Shown here in pieces: positions 11,911 through 24,879 of a stretch of 64,000 nucleotides of DNA. Under the pieces are notes generated by a model, which did no database searches, had not been told where the DNA came from, and was given only the letters and a program-made list of their open reading frames with translations. The stretch comes from Octopus sinensis (lineage: Eukaryota), in NCBI RefSeq assembly GCF_006345805.1, contig NC_042997.1:154628001-154692000 (forward strand), read 5' to 3'. A program made the position numbers and the translations under genes. How positions within the stretch are numbered: the stretch's first letter is position 1; each line of letters begins with the position of its first letter.

Positions 11911-12481
11911 ATGTATGTATGTATGTATGTATGTATGTATGTATGTATGTATGTATGTATGTATGTATGTATGTATGTATGTATGCATGTATGTATGTAT
12001 GTATGTAAGTATGCCTACATGTATGCATGTATGTATATGTGTACAGACAGATGTTTGTGTGCATGTGTATTTATCCTTGTATATGCTCATGCGTGTTTGG
12101 AAGGGTGATTTTCACTTAATGGCTGGGAATATGATTCTTTTAGTTTTGCCAGTGACAAATTACAATCTTCCTATGTCCAGTGGAAAAAAAAAACACCTCT
12201 CTCGTGCATATTAAATTTCTGCATTTCATTATTACCTTAAAGTATTAAAGAGCTTATTACGTTTTCTAATCCATTATACAGTTGAAATTTATCCTAAGGA
12301 CAAGCTAGTAATGAAATATATTGTAGGTTTTGCCATAGATAGCATGACCAGGCCGATGATGAAGTCATATTCATTTCATAATTGTACTCCATGGCTGGTA
12401 ATAATACTCCTTGGCTAATAATATTACTCCCAGATACAAGGTGGTTAATTTGCTGGGTGATTAAGTAGTCGGACAGATTAC

Positions 12482-12552
12482 TTTACAATATGGTGGTCAA
12501 CTTTTCTTCTCATCTTTTCAAGAGCCAATAAACAAAACCCTGAGAGTACAAG
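12482..12552 (-). CDS. Candidate upstream exon (LVLSGFCLLALEKMRRKVDHHIV)
   Basis: Strong acceptor CTTTTCCTCTTTGTCTACTCCTTGAAATTTTAG|; only frame 0 open; donor AA|GTAATC gives phase 2, compatible with the 10594-10665 exon (alternative donor GTAAAG after 12487). Confidence 0.25.
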
Positions 12553-13628
12553 CTAAAATTTCAAGGAGTAGACAAAGAGGAAAAGTATATACTTTTAAAA
12601 TCGCATTTCAGAATAAAATTATTAACCAACTCCTAAAAATAATTTATTCTCCTGAGCACATTAACAAGTTTTATTACACTACATGAATGGATTTAACCCT
12701 TAAGAGATTATAACCAAGTGCTGCGTCTTAATTCAATTTACTCCAATATATTTGTGTGAATCAATTCCCTTGGTCTTTATTTATTTCATTTTTTCATTCA
12801 AAAGTAATTCTAGGAATTGCTTGAATTCGTCAGCCGAGTGTATATCGCAACCAGCAAGGAAGTTCAACATTTTGATTAAGTCATGAATGAGAAGCAAAAC
12901 AAAGCAGCTTTCGAATTTTATACTCGCACTTGTGACTGATTCCACTGTTTACGGTTTATCCGAACGCATAGTCTACATTCGCATTTTATACACTAAATTA
13001 AAAGCTTAATTTTTAATTCATTTTGCTCATCCATAGTATTAAATGAGGTTCAAGATCTTTAAAAATATAACATTAGTTATCTTTAGATTGACATTTTCAT
13101 CTTCAAATACGATATTATTTCTGTAAAGGATGCGAAAAGTTAATCAAACATTTCCTGGAGGTCTGGTATAGAAAAGGTTGGAAACCACAGTTCTGTATGG
13201 TTGCTCTTCTAACTAAAGCGTCTTTAATTACTAAGGTACATTGGATAAGTATAGTTCCAGATATATATTCTTAATAAAGTGGAATGGTCACTGCTGTAAC
13301 GTCCTTAATCATAGATCTCTTCGAGTGTAGCTAATTTGGGTCTCAAAAAGAACAACACCTCGGTACATGGTAGTGAAACGTCAATCAGAAAATATTACGA
13401 CTACTTGGCAGCAGTGGACTTCTCTATGATATCTGTTTATTACTAAGTAATCGGAAGCGTTGAACTGGGGTGTACTAAAGTCAAAGTGCAATGACGTAAG
13501 ACATGAACGGCTGATCTTCATGTCGGCACATGACATCCTATTGATTTGCCCAACTAATCATATCTCGACTAGTATATATTACTCGTATGTAATCAATCCA
13601 ACATTTTGATCGCTTGATTTTCTAGAAT

Positions 13629-13856
13629 TCTTTTATTCTTTTATTCTTTTATTTGTTTCAGTCATTTGACTGCGGCCATGCTGAAGCACTGCCTTGAAGG
13701 TTTTTTTTTTATTTTAAAGTCGAACAAATTGACCCCAGAACTTATTTCCGAAGCATAGTACTTATTCTATTGGTTTCTTTTTCCGAACTGCTAACACACC
13801 AACACCGGTTGTGAAACGATGATTGGAGGACAAACACACACACATACACACACACA

Positions 13857-13901
<45 letters not shown>

Positions 13902-14072
13902 TATATATATATTTATATATGTACGACAGGCTTCTTTCAGTTTCCGTCTACCAAATCCACTCACAAAGCGTTGGTCGGTCCGAGGCCATAATAGACAACT
14001 AAACCTGAAACTAAACTTAGAACTATGTGGTTGAGAAGCAAGTTTCTTACCACACAGCCATGCCTGCGCCTA
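13629..14072 (-). mobile_element. tRNA-derived SINE family B (internal CA/TA microsatellite)
   Basis: Head GGCGCAGG..TGGCTGTGTGGTAAG, body GTGGATTTGGTAGACGGAAACTGAAAGAAGCC, tail CAGCATGGCCGCAGTCAAATGACTGAAAC. Confidence 0.85.
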
Positions 14073-14254
14073 TAGTAACCAAATTTCCCTCACGACATAC
14101 CTTACCATCTTTAAAAAATATCATCTCAGAAATGGAATGGACACAGTTGGAACATCTTTCATCATTGGTCTGCTGAATCAAAGTTGACCCGGAGCTAATA
14201 AACCACCACCACCACCACCAACACCAACACCACCACCAACACCACCAACAGCAA

Positions 14255-14370
14255 CAACCTTTCAAGAATTTGGACCTGGAGATCTCCATTTCCAGCGACT
14301 TCGAGGGCCACCTCGCAGTGGTTGTCGGGCATCAATGAAGAGCCCTCGACTACAACAAGACGACCAAAGT
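14255..14370. other. GC-rich coding-like island of uncertain origin, possibly an L1/Tx1 endonuclease remnant
   Basis: Plus frame FKNLDLEISISSDFEGHLAVVVGHQ*RALDYNKTTK has strong third-position GC; the in-register minus frame is open. Tx1 resemblance is from memory only. Confidence 0.25.
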
Positions 14371-15220
14371 TTGTTTTCTTTTTTTTTTTCCAAAGTCTGG
14401 GGTCTCCCGCCCCTAAGCCCTAGACCATCACCTTATCACCCTTACCCATCTTGTTGCTTAACAGCAACAACAACAACAACAACCAACAGCAATAACTTGT
14501 GTTTGATTTTTATCTGTGTTCAAAAAGGTCGAAAGATTTAACTGAGATCAATGTGATTTACGACAGATGATACGATGCATTCGAACTAACAAAGGAACCT
14601 TTGTATTTCTTCATTCAATATTATTATATGTTTTATTTCTTATTTGTATTATTTATTTATTTATCTATTTATTTGCGCTAGTCAGAGCAAAAGGATTATT
14701 ACGGTACCGTACGTTGAGACGACCCAATTTCTCTATCAGAAGAATAGAGAGATGTACCAGGCAATTCCTATTGCTATGAAATTGGCGAAGCAAACTGCAT
14801 GAATAGTCGTCAGTCAGCTTCACCTGTTGCTAGAGTGAAGGGAGACACAGCCAGACACGTGAAGCCAGCATTTGTAATGTAATTCACGTTATGTAGTTTA
14901 TCTTCTATTTTATCATCGACGTTTATCTGCGGGTGTGTTAGCGTGTGCTTATTGTATGCGTGCATATGAATATAATGACAAAGGCAAACAGTAGTAAGCA
15001 TTTAATCCGCTCTCTTTCTCTCTCTCTCTTTCCCTTTCCCAAACACACACACGCGCGCACACACACACACAAATGACTGTAGCGGGAAACTGAATATGCG
15101 AGTGAGGTGACAAAGATGCAAACGATGACTCATGAAATATTCCAAGCTACGTCGAAAAGAAAAAAAAGAACATTCCCTTTTATACCACTTGTGTGTTTGT
15201 ACATATAAATATATATATAT

Positions 15221-15624
15221 TTACTCCTTTACTCTTTTACTTGTTTCAGTCATTTTGACTGCGGCCATGCTGGAGCACCGCCTTTAATCGAGCAACTCGA
15301 CCCCGGGACTTATTCTTTTGTAAGCCCAGTACTTATTCTATCGGCCTCTTTTGCCGAACTGCTAAGTAACAGGGACATAAACACATCAGCATCGGTTGTC
15401 AAGCAATGCTAGGGGGACAAACACAGAAACACAAACACACACACGCATATATATACATATATACGACGGGCTTCTTTCAGTTTCCGTCTTCCAAATCCAC
15501 TCACAAGGCTTTGGTCGGCCCGAGGCTATAGTAGAAGACACTTGCCCAAGGTGCCACGCAGTGGGACTGAACCCGGAATCATGTGGTTGGTAAACAAGCT
15601 ACTTACCACACAGCCACTCCTGCG

Positions 15625-15628
<4 letters not shown>
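15221..15628 (-). mobile_element. SINE family B, full length
   Basis: Complete head-body-tail match to the other B copies. Confidence 0.9.
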
Positions 15629-15703
<75 letters not shown>

Positions 15704-15800
15704 TTATATATGCACACATATTTATATATATGTGTGTGTGTGTGTATGCATGTATGAATATAAGTAAATATGTGTGGGTGTGTGTGTGTGTGTGCATGTG

Positions 15801-16118
15801 AGAAGATGCATAGCTTAGTGGTTAGGGTAATCGGCTCACGATCGTAAGGTCGTGAGTTCGATTCCCGGCGGCGTGTTATGTGTTTGAGCGAGACACTTTA
15901 ATTCACGTTGCTCCAGTCTACTCAGTTGGCAAAAATGAGTTGTACCTGTATTTCAAAGGAGGCAACCACTCTGTTTCATGCTGAATCCCGCTGAGAACTA
16001 CATTAAGGGTCCGCGCGTCTATGGAGTATTCAGTCATTTCCACGTTTAGTTCATGATCAGGCTGTTCCGATGATCGGTCAAGTGACCTCGTCGTCGTGAC
16101 CGACGGAGTGAGTGCCAG
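15801..16118 (+). mobile_element. tRNA-CORE-type SINE
   Basis: GAGTTCGATTCCC B box, CORE-like block, tail ending CCTCGTCGTCGTGACCGACGGAGTG. Confidence 0.8.
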
Positions 16119-16161
16119 TTAATATATTTATGTATGTGTATGTGAGTGTATGTGGATGTGC

Positions 16162-16200
<39 letters not shown>

Positions 16201-16225
16201 TGTGTGTGTGTATGTGTGTGTGTGT

Positions 16226-16400
16226 TACCTTTTACCTCTTTCAGTCATTGGACTGCGGCCATATTAGGGCACCACTATGAAGGTTTTACTCGAACAAATC
16301 AACTCCAGTACTTATTCTATCGGCCTTTTTGCCGAACCGCCAAGTTACGGGGGTCGTATTTTACGCCAGTTGTCACGCACACACACAAACGCACACTCAA
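16226..16400 (-). mobile_element. SINE family B 3' fragment
   Basis: Tail match; inverted relative to 16600-16826. Confidence 0.75.
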
Positions 16401-16599
16401 TTGCATGCTCACTCACACACACACATATTGAGAATCAATGTGGGATCTTTTGATTACTTAAAAAATTTGTGACTGAATTTGAAAAGATCCCCAATGTTTA
16501 CGTGTGTGTGCATGTGTGCATACGTGCACGTGTATGTGTTCGTTTGCATTTATATATATATATGTGTGTGTGTGCGTGTGTGTGTGTGCGTGTGTGTAT

Positions 16600-16825
16600 G
16601 TTTGTGTGTGTATGTTTGTGTGTCTGTGCCCCCCCCCCAACATTGCTTGACAACCGATGAAAGTGTGTTTACGTCCCCGTAACTTAGCGGTTCGGCAAAA
16701 AGAGACCGATAGAATAAGTTCTAGGCTTACAAAGAATAAGTCCTGGGGTCGATTTGCTCGACTAAAAGGCGGTCCTCCAGTATGGCTACAGTCAAATGAC
16801 TGAAACAAGTAAAAGAGTAAAGAGT

Positions 16826-16826
<1 letters not shown>
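16600..16826 (+). mobile_element. SINE family B 3' half
   Basis: GTCCCCGTAACTTAGCGGTTCGGCAAAAAGAGACCGATAG...GACTGAAACAAGTAAAAGAG. Confidence 0.85.
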
Positions 16827-16871
<45 letters not shown>

Positions 16872-17821
16872 TATATATATAATATATATATATATATACA
16901 CACACACACATGAATATGTGTGTGTGTTTGTGTGTGTATAAGTAACACATGTATATATGCTTGTATGTATATATTTATGCACTAAACACATACATCTAAG
17001 TTTGCGATAGTGGAAGTGTGCGTTTGTATAAATGATGTTTTTCTTTCCGGATGCTTGAGAAAGTTCAAAACAATGAGTTTATACGAGACGTGGTATTTCA
17101 CGCACGTCTAATAATATACACATGCATGCTTCCTTAAAATAACCCCTATATAAATATAATAGCAAGTGTCTCATTTGTCATCAGAAGTGTAAAAACAGAA
17201 ACCTAATCTTTCTAACTCAGCCGTATGAAAAAAAAGAAAGAAAAAAGAAACGAATAAGTGTTGAATAGCTATTTTATCATCAGCAATGGTATACGCAACA
17301 AGTCGTCTAGTTTAACATTACTTGACAGTTTAGGTGCCTTTAAGCATTCGCTGCTGGCTTTCTGTCTGAAAAATATCACGGTTTCTTGTCATATCTCTTC
17401 CAGCATTGCTTTACTTTACTTTACTCAGTGCACCGTATTTGTCAAATGAAACGTTTCCGAGCGGAGGTCCGCAGCTAGATACAAGGACGGCCTAGCAACC
17501 AGACCAAAACAGAGATTGGAGTGGCTGGGCCTTGTGGGCCAGGTGGCTTGCTTCGGACTAGTTGCTTCTTCTGTAGGAGGCAAAGTCCGTAACTTTGGTA
17601 AAGAAATATCTTTTTTATAAAAATGTTCTAGTTCTTTTATTTGTAAGTACATCGTGTGCACTCAATGTATCTGCATATAACTGTAACGCCATACAGATAT
17701 AACCCAAATTACTAAAAGACTAAACGAACAGTTTAAAATGAGGGGAACAAATTACATCTGACCTGGGTCTCATTACTAATTAAAATAAAGCTACATTTTT
17801 TTTTCTTTTTTATTATAGGAA

Positions 17822-18370
17822 GAAAGCCCGAGATTATGGGTGAGGGGACTAGTCGATTACATCGACCCAGAATTTCACTGGTGCTTAATTTATCGACCCT
17901 GAAAGGATGAAAGGCAAAGTCGACCTCGACAACATTTGAACTCAGAAAGGTAACGACAGACGAAATACCTATTTCTTTACTACCCACAAGGGGCTAAACA
18001 GAGAAGGAGCAAACAAGGACAGACAAACGGAGTAAGTCGATTATATCGATCCCAGTGCGTAACGACCCCGAAAGGATGAAAGGCAAAGCCGACCTCGGCG
18101 GAAATTGAACTCAGAACGTAGCGGCAGACGAAATACCTATTTCTTTACTACCCACAAGGGGCTAAACACAGAGAGAACAAACAAGGACAGACAAACGAAT
18201 TAAGTCGATTACATCGATCCCAGTGCGTAACCGGTACTTAATTTATCGACCCCGAAAGGATGAAAGGCAAAGTCGACCTCGGCGGAATTTGAACTCAGAA
18301 CGTAGCGGCAGACGAAATACCGCTAAGCATTTCACCCAGCGTGCTAACGTTTCTGCCAGCTCGCCACCTT
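17822..18370 (-). mobile_element. SINE family A multimer (head plus about three body units)
   Basis: Body repeated with junction TACCTATTTCTTTACTACCCACAAGGGG near 17965 and 18135. Confidence 0.9.
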
Positions 18371-20669
18371 GATGAAGCTACATTTTACATCAGCCTGAGC
18401 CTATTACTTGCTTTGCGCAGGCCTTCTGTTACGTAACTTTCTAAGAGAATTCTCTGCTCCATCAGCTGGTGCATAACAGCGTGATTTTATCTTCATCAAT
18501 TCGTGACTGATACCCAACAGAGCTCAAGATTTCGAGAAATTTCAACCTCCAATCACTGATTTTCAGCTGGGTTATTAACTGGAACCCAAGTTAATGGTGG
18601 CTAGTAGGTCGTGCTTATTTCTTTCCCTCCTATAGATGAAACAAATATTTGAAGAGTAATGCAATTTATATGCATATTTAACAAATTGTTGACACGTTTC
18701 AATCTATCACTCACGCGTACATTTATAATTAAGCTTAATTCAAGCCAATAAAGGAACCATTACTAATTTGCTAGTCCTACTGAGAAATAGCAGCCAAACC
18801 CCTTCCAAATTGTACGTGAGTGTAATAAAAAAAATGAAGAATACATAAGATAACATAGCTTTAGAGCCTCTCCCTTTGCTTTAAACCTACAGGCGGTATT
18901 TATCCGGGTTTTCAAGGCTTTAGGCTGCGATTACAAAACTCGTACTTCAAGTCCGTAAAAAGGTGCTAATTTTCAATTAAGTGTACCGAAGCAAAGAGAT
19001 TGGAATTGTCTTCGTCAAGAACATAATGTGCCACTTGCACTAAGAATTGAACACACGGCTTAACGTAGGTGAGCTTTAATTCATTAAACGCTAGGTCATA
19101 TGCCTTCACTAGTCCTATATACTATAATAATGTAAAAGAAAATGACAGAATGTTTCTGAATCGGCTCGTGGGATTAAACAAAGGAACACACTACCTACCA
19201 AAAGCCTGCGAGGGAAAATTTATCATATTAGATCAACTCATTTAAGATCGACTTGAGACTATATGACAACACTCCTTTGTTTCTTCATCTTTTCTCACTA
19301 GGTTCGAAATAGGTAACAGCGTGTTCATAAATAAATTATGACTTTACCATCAATTTACTGCTAAGGCAACAGAGGGTGCTGTGCTGGACATGCTTTTCCT
19401 ATGAAAGATGATATAACTTTGCACTATGTACTGAAATCAGTTTGCTTCTTCGGCTTGTCGAAAACTTTATTCTTACTTTTCACGAGAAAATATATTTTTG
19501 GCTTTAGAGTAAGGCTTGTTAAATGTTGCTTACAGACAGACAGATCAGCTCTAAAAAGCAAAGCTCCGTTGTTGTCTCACAAGATATTAACACTTACGTT
19601 AATCAACAATACTAACATAGTAATAGATTTTTTTCATACAGATGGCGTCACCAAGTAATTTCTCTTAGTAATTTCTTGTAAGATATTAGCACCCTTGTGA
19701 GCCCACGATGGAGCTCCTATAATGCCAATCAAACAATAAGAAAAAGTAGCCATAGCTTCCTCAGATCACACCCTACCTGTCTTAAAAAATGGATAATGTT
19801 GTCCTTGATACTCTATGTCTATAAAAAAATATACTCATTTTCATGTTAACTTGCTCACAATATTAAACATTTGCTTAGTGATTCTCTCATCACTACTTTG
19901 CCAAATAAGAGCGTGTCTATGTTTCGCTCAGGAGGTTTAATAAGCTCGAAACCAATCCTAAATTATCTCCACTGCTTACCATAATTATTGATACCATATT
20001 AATAACGGAGCTGTTTCCACGCTATATAGATATATTTAGTTAGCTGCGTGGTTACAAAATTTATCTCGCATCTACCCGGTTTCATATTTGATCTCATCGC
20101 GTGGTTCCTTGAGCAAATATGTTCTACTATAGCATCGTGTACCATAGCCATGTATGTATAATTTGACAGACATTAAATGTGCAGAAACTATTGCCTGATT
20201 CAACACCACCTTTGGTGACTTGAGTAAAGTTCACTTTGAAGAATTCGGATAACTTCTGGATTTCCTCACAGGTTAGCGCAATTGATACGACACTAGACTT
20301 TTAATGAAATATTACATAAAACATCTGAGGCACGTGGCCCTTTTTGTTACGACTGTTCGCCTCCTGATCTTCAGGTCATGGGCGCAATTCTTGCACCGGG
20401 CAATGTTATGCGTGTTTTTACAAAGCATTTTTTACTTCATTTATCGTTGCCCCTCACTCTCTAACTGAGTCAAGAGGAGGGAGACTGAGATAGTGTATAT
20501 GCTTGCGTGCTACTGCATGAGCAGCGAAATCTCTTTGCGAAAGCATGATACATGCTTTGAAGTTATACTCCGTTGATATGACGGAGGCTTTGAATAGGGT
20601 CATGCGTTCTATCCTTCCTTCGATTGATTCATAAAATAAAAGTAAGCATTCTTGCTATATTAAATATGT

Positions 20670-20830
20670 GAAGGTACGTGGCCTGGTAGTTAGGTTGCTG
20701 GTTCACGGTCATAATGTTGTGGGTTCGATTGCTGGTCAGAGCAGCACGTTGTATCCTTGAGCAAAGCACTTCATCTCACATTACTCCAATGTGCTCAATT
20801 AAAGCAATACCAGCTGGCCACAGGGACATT
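20670..20830 (+). mobile_element. Degenerate tRNA-CORE-type SINE
   Basis: GAAGGTACGTGGCCTGGTAGTTAGG...GGTTCGATT...TCCTTGAGCAAAGCACTT. Confidence 0.6.
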
Positions 20831-21334
20831 TCCCTCTCATCTTCATTGAGGATGTGCAGAATGAAGGTTGGAGCAATGAGACGATGTCTACATTTATTTT
20901 CAACTACATAGTCATTTATAACAATTAGCGAAAGCATGGTACATACCGCCAGATCATACCCGCTTATGAGTGACATCTATGATGTTTTAATTATATTACC
21001 CAAGTTAAGGTGGCATGCTTGAAGAATCGTTAGAGCAACGGATAAAATGTCGAGTGACATTTCTTCCAGCTCGTCACGCCGAACGTCAACTTTTGCTTCG
21101 CATTCTTTCGGGTCCTACAAAATAAAGTAGTAGTCATATGTGGGGGTCGATGTAATCGACTTGAGCTCTACCCTACTATTATTGGCCTTGTGCCAAAATA
21201 GGAAATAATAATTAGGTTAGAGATTTATAAAAATTTCGTTGCTGCTAATATTAGCGGGTCTAGAAGTTTACACAGTTGGTCGCATTTACATGTTTGTGAG
21301 TGAGGCGCGCGTCTACATGTATGTATGCTGCTTC

Positions 21335-21835
21335 TCAACCACATGGTTCTGGGCTCAGTCCCACTGCCTAGCACCTTGAGCAAATGTCTTCTACTATAGA
21401 CGCGAGCCGACCAAAGCCTTGTGAGTGGATTTAGTAGGCAGAAACTGAAAGACGCTTGTCGTATACACTTGCGTCAGAAATTAATTAGCACCCTTGATTT
21501 GCTCTTCACTCAAGGTATGTGCTGTCACCTAGTGGCCATATCTCGAACTATTGCTTTGTTGCGAGTTCACTGTTGCGCAGAACGATGACGTAACTTTGTT
21601 TGCAGAGCAGTTTGAGAGTCTACAGCCTTATGATGTTGACATAGCAGTGCAACAAATTGGAGTGCGGATGCAGACAAATCTTCCTTTGTTTAATAGATAT
21701 AGGTAGCGCTCGCAAGGACCGAAATCACACCATACTAAGTTTTCTCATCGCGTAAGACGTTTGAACAGCTCATAGGTTATTGATTTAACCTATTTAGTGT
21801 AGAAATTGAGAAGTGCTAATTAATTTCTGACGCAA

Positions 21836-21901
<66 letters not shown>

Positions 21902-22100
21902 TTGTGTGTGTCCTTTGTGTCTTTGTTTGCCCTTCCACCATCTTTGACAACCGGTGTTGGTATGTTTATGTCCCTGTAACTTAGCGGTTCGACAAAATAC
22001 TGATAGAATAAGTACCGGGCTTAAAAAATAAGTCCTGACTAAAAATTTAAGGTGATGCCCCAGCATGGTAGCAATCTAATCACTGAAACAAATAAAATAT
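21335..22100 (+). mobile_element. SINE family B interrupted by a Tc1-type MITE
   Basis: Head half 21335-21465 and tail half about 21890-22100 flank the insertion. Confidence 0.75.
21466..21838 (+). mobile_element. Tc1-like non-autonomous element (373 bp, 26-bp perfect TIR, TA TSD)
   Basis: TA|CACTTGCGTCAGAAATTAATTAGCAC ... GTGCTAATTAATTTCTGACGCAAGTG|TA. Confidence 0.9.
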
Positions 22101-22116
22101 TATATATATAAATATA

Positions 22117-22223
22117 ACGCGAATGTCGTGGGTTCGGGCCCCATACTGGCCAATGCGATTAAATGGCGGTGCCCCAGCATGGCCACAGCTCATTAGCTGA
22201 AACTGGAAAAATCAAAAATCAAA

Positions 22224-22225
<2 letters not shown>
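22117..22225 (+). mobile_element. Very short SINE-like element: B-box region joined directly to the shared 3' tail
   Basis: GTCGTGGGTTCGGGCCCC...GGCGGTGCCCCAGCATGGCCACAGCTCATTAGCTGAAAC, then (AAAATC)n. Confidence 0.55.
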
Positions 22226-22257
<32 letters not shown>

Positions 22258-22328
22258 TAGATAGATAGATAGATCGATAGATAGATAGATAGATAGATAG
22301 ATAGACAGATAGATAGATAGATAGATAT

Positions 22329-22366
<38 letters not shown>

Positions 22367-22448
22367 GATAGATAGATAGAGAAAGAGCGAGGGAGAGTGA
22401 AAGAGAAAGAAAGAGAATAAGGGAGAGAGAGGGAAAGATATATTATAT

Positions 22449-22499
<51 letters not shown>

Positions 22500-22625
22500 G
22501 ATTTTAACAAATGACCTGCTAACCCTGCCATAACTCCATGCCCTACGTAAAAAGAAAAAAATGAAAAATAACAAGAGCAACAACAACAATACTACTACTA
22601 CTACTACCACCACTACTACTACTAC

Positions 22626-22669
<44 letters not shown>

Positions 22670-23275
22670 TAATATTAATAATATTTTTTTTAAATAACCG
22701 TAAGCTAAAAATGTTATTCAATTGAAAAATCAGTACACGAGGACACCGCCATTCCATATTAACGTTTGCACATTTGAAGTAAAAGAGCAGCGAGGGAATA
22801 TTTAATATTCACCAATGTACTTATTTATTTATTTATTGTTTTCAAATTGGAGCTATTCTAGCTTTTCTCTAATTCCCATGTGATGATATTGGTGGTGTTT
22901 TTATTTCTTTTTTATCCATTTTATTTTTCTGTTTTTTTTTTTTTTAGGCGAGCTAAAAAGAAGGTAGCAAGTTCTGAATGCTCGTTCTCTTTACATACAA
23001 CCTAATACTAACCCTCTATCAGTCTCTCTGTCTCTATACCTGATAAACATCTTTCACTCGTTTATAACAAACTGATAAAACGTTCCAGCTTTCAATTTTC
23101 CTAACTCACTTTCTTAACGTTTTTTATCTTCTCCAAATATTATTGTTAGTTCTTTTTCTTCTTCTCTTGCATTTTCCTCCCTTCTCTCTTTTCTTTCCTT
23201 TTTGTATTTTGTTCCTACTGCTTCATATTTTTCAATTTCATAATATAAATCTCTACATCCCAACAAGACTATTAG

Positions 23276-23326
<51 letters not shown>

Positions 23327-23346
23327 CATCCATCATCCATCCATCC

Positions 23347-23430
<84 letters not shown>

Positions 23431-23489
23431 ATCTGTCTGTCTGTCTGTATGTCTGTCTGTCTCTTTCTCTATATATGTGAATAATATAT

Positions 23490-23523
<34 letters not shown>

Positions 23524-23829
23524 CAGACCCTCTCTCTCTCACACACGCGCATATAATATATATGTATATATATGTGCGTGTGCTTGTTGTATAACATGTA
23601 TGCATATTTTAGACACACACATATGTTACATAGACATATACTTACACACGCATACACACATATATATGTATAAATATAGTGACATCTTACATATATGCGT
23701 TCGTGTGTGTGTGTGTGTGTATAGTAAATATCATGTACACGTGCTTTTCACTGTATGTGTGTGTACATGTGTGTATATGTATATACATGTATGACACTGA
23801 GCAGCTACGTTCGAATACACCCGTATGCA

Positions 23830-24345
23830 CAGTGATCTATCTCTCCCACTCTCTCTCCCTCCCTCCCTCTCCCACTCTCTCATCCATTCTTCCTTTCTCC
23901 ACCTTATTTTCCTGCCGCTTTCACCCTGTCTCTCTCTTCCTCCCCATTTCTCTCCATACCTCCTTTCTACGTCTTTCTATCCCTCTCCTTACAGCCTCCG
24001 AGCACTAGTCATCCTCTCATTTTGCTTACTCCCCCCATTTCATTTTCTTCTTTTTATTTCCTTCACGTCTTCTCTTCCCTTAGTCTTAACTCTCCTCTCA
24101 CTTTCTCTCACTCACACATACATACAATGTCGCTCTCCCATACTTTCTCTCACACATATTGTCTCCCTCTCTCTCTCTCTCTCTCTCTCTTACTTTCCCT
24201 CACTCACACATACATACAATGTCGCTCTCCCATACTTTCTCTCACACATATTGTCTCCCTCTCCCTCTCTCTCTCTCTCTCTCTTACGCTCAATCTTTCT
24301 CTCTCTCTCTCTTACCTTGTCTCACTCACACATACACTCAATCTT

Positions 24346-24387
<42 letters not shown>

Positions 24388-24390
24388 CTC
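23830..24390. repeat. CT-rich low-complexity tract with a tandem duplication of a roughly 85-90 bp unit
   Basis: CTCACTCACACATACATACAATGTCGCTCTCCCATACTTTCTCTCACACATATTGTCTCCCT occurs near 24107 and 24199. Confidence 0.85.
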
Positions 24391-24879
24391 TATGAATATC
24401 TACAACATTAAGTAATATTTCCTTTTGTGTACATTATGTGATCTCTGTTGAGCGTATCAATATGTCTGTACACATGTTAACGCATGAATAGATGTGCATT
24501 TGTGTGTACGCATTTGTGTGTACACATATGTGTGTGTGTATGTGTGTGATTGTTCATATGTATGTGTGTTTGCTTGTGTATATGTATTAGTAGGTGAAAA
24601 TTGTGTGTGTTTGTGACATGCCCTTATGAGCGTGAACTTGTGCGCGCGTAGGTCTGTGTTTGTGCGTGTATGTATGTATTTGTGTGTGTGTGGCTGAATG
24701 TGTAACATTTATACATATACTTACACATATCTATATCCATACAATTACCCAAACACACACACACAAACACAAACTTACACACATAGATAACTGCACACGT
24801 TCACCTATACGAACATGCGGACAGATACATAAAAACTCACACATATACACGTTCATCTTCACATACTCTCATACATACA

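Larger units (their letters stand above)
10778..12352. repeat. Inverted repeat with about 430-bp arms (10778 to about 11210 and about 11911 to 12352)
   Basis: Arms align in reverse complement from CCTGGT/ACCAGG inward through (TACA)n/(TATG)n; supported by near-identical ORF text on opposite strands in the ORF track. Confidence 0.9.

Noticed and set aside
14325-14340. In-frame TGA as possible selenocysteine
   Set aside because: No selenoprotein context, no recognisable SECIS and no solid exon boundaries.
17822-18370. Tandem 170-185 bp units resembling an array (CRISPR-like)
   Set aside because: No short repeat with unique spacers; the units are SINE bodies in eukaryotic DNA.
20170-20300. Protein-like minus frame CEEIQKLSEFFKVNFTQVTK
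   Set aside because: Weak acceptor and donor, and no recognised homology.
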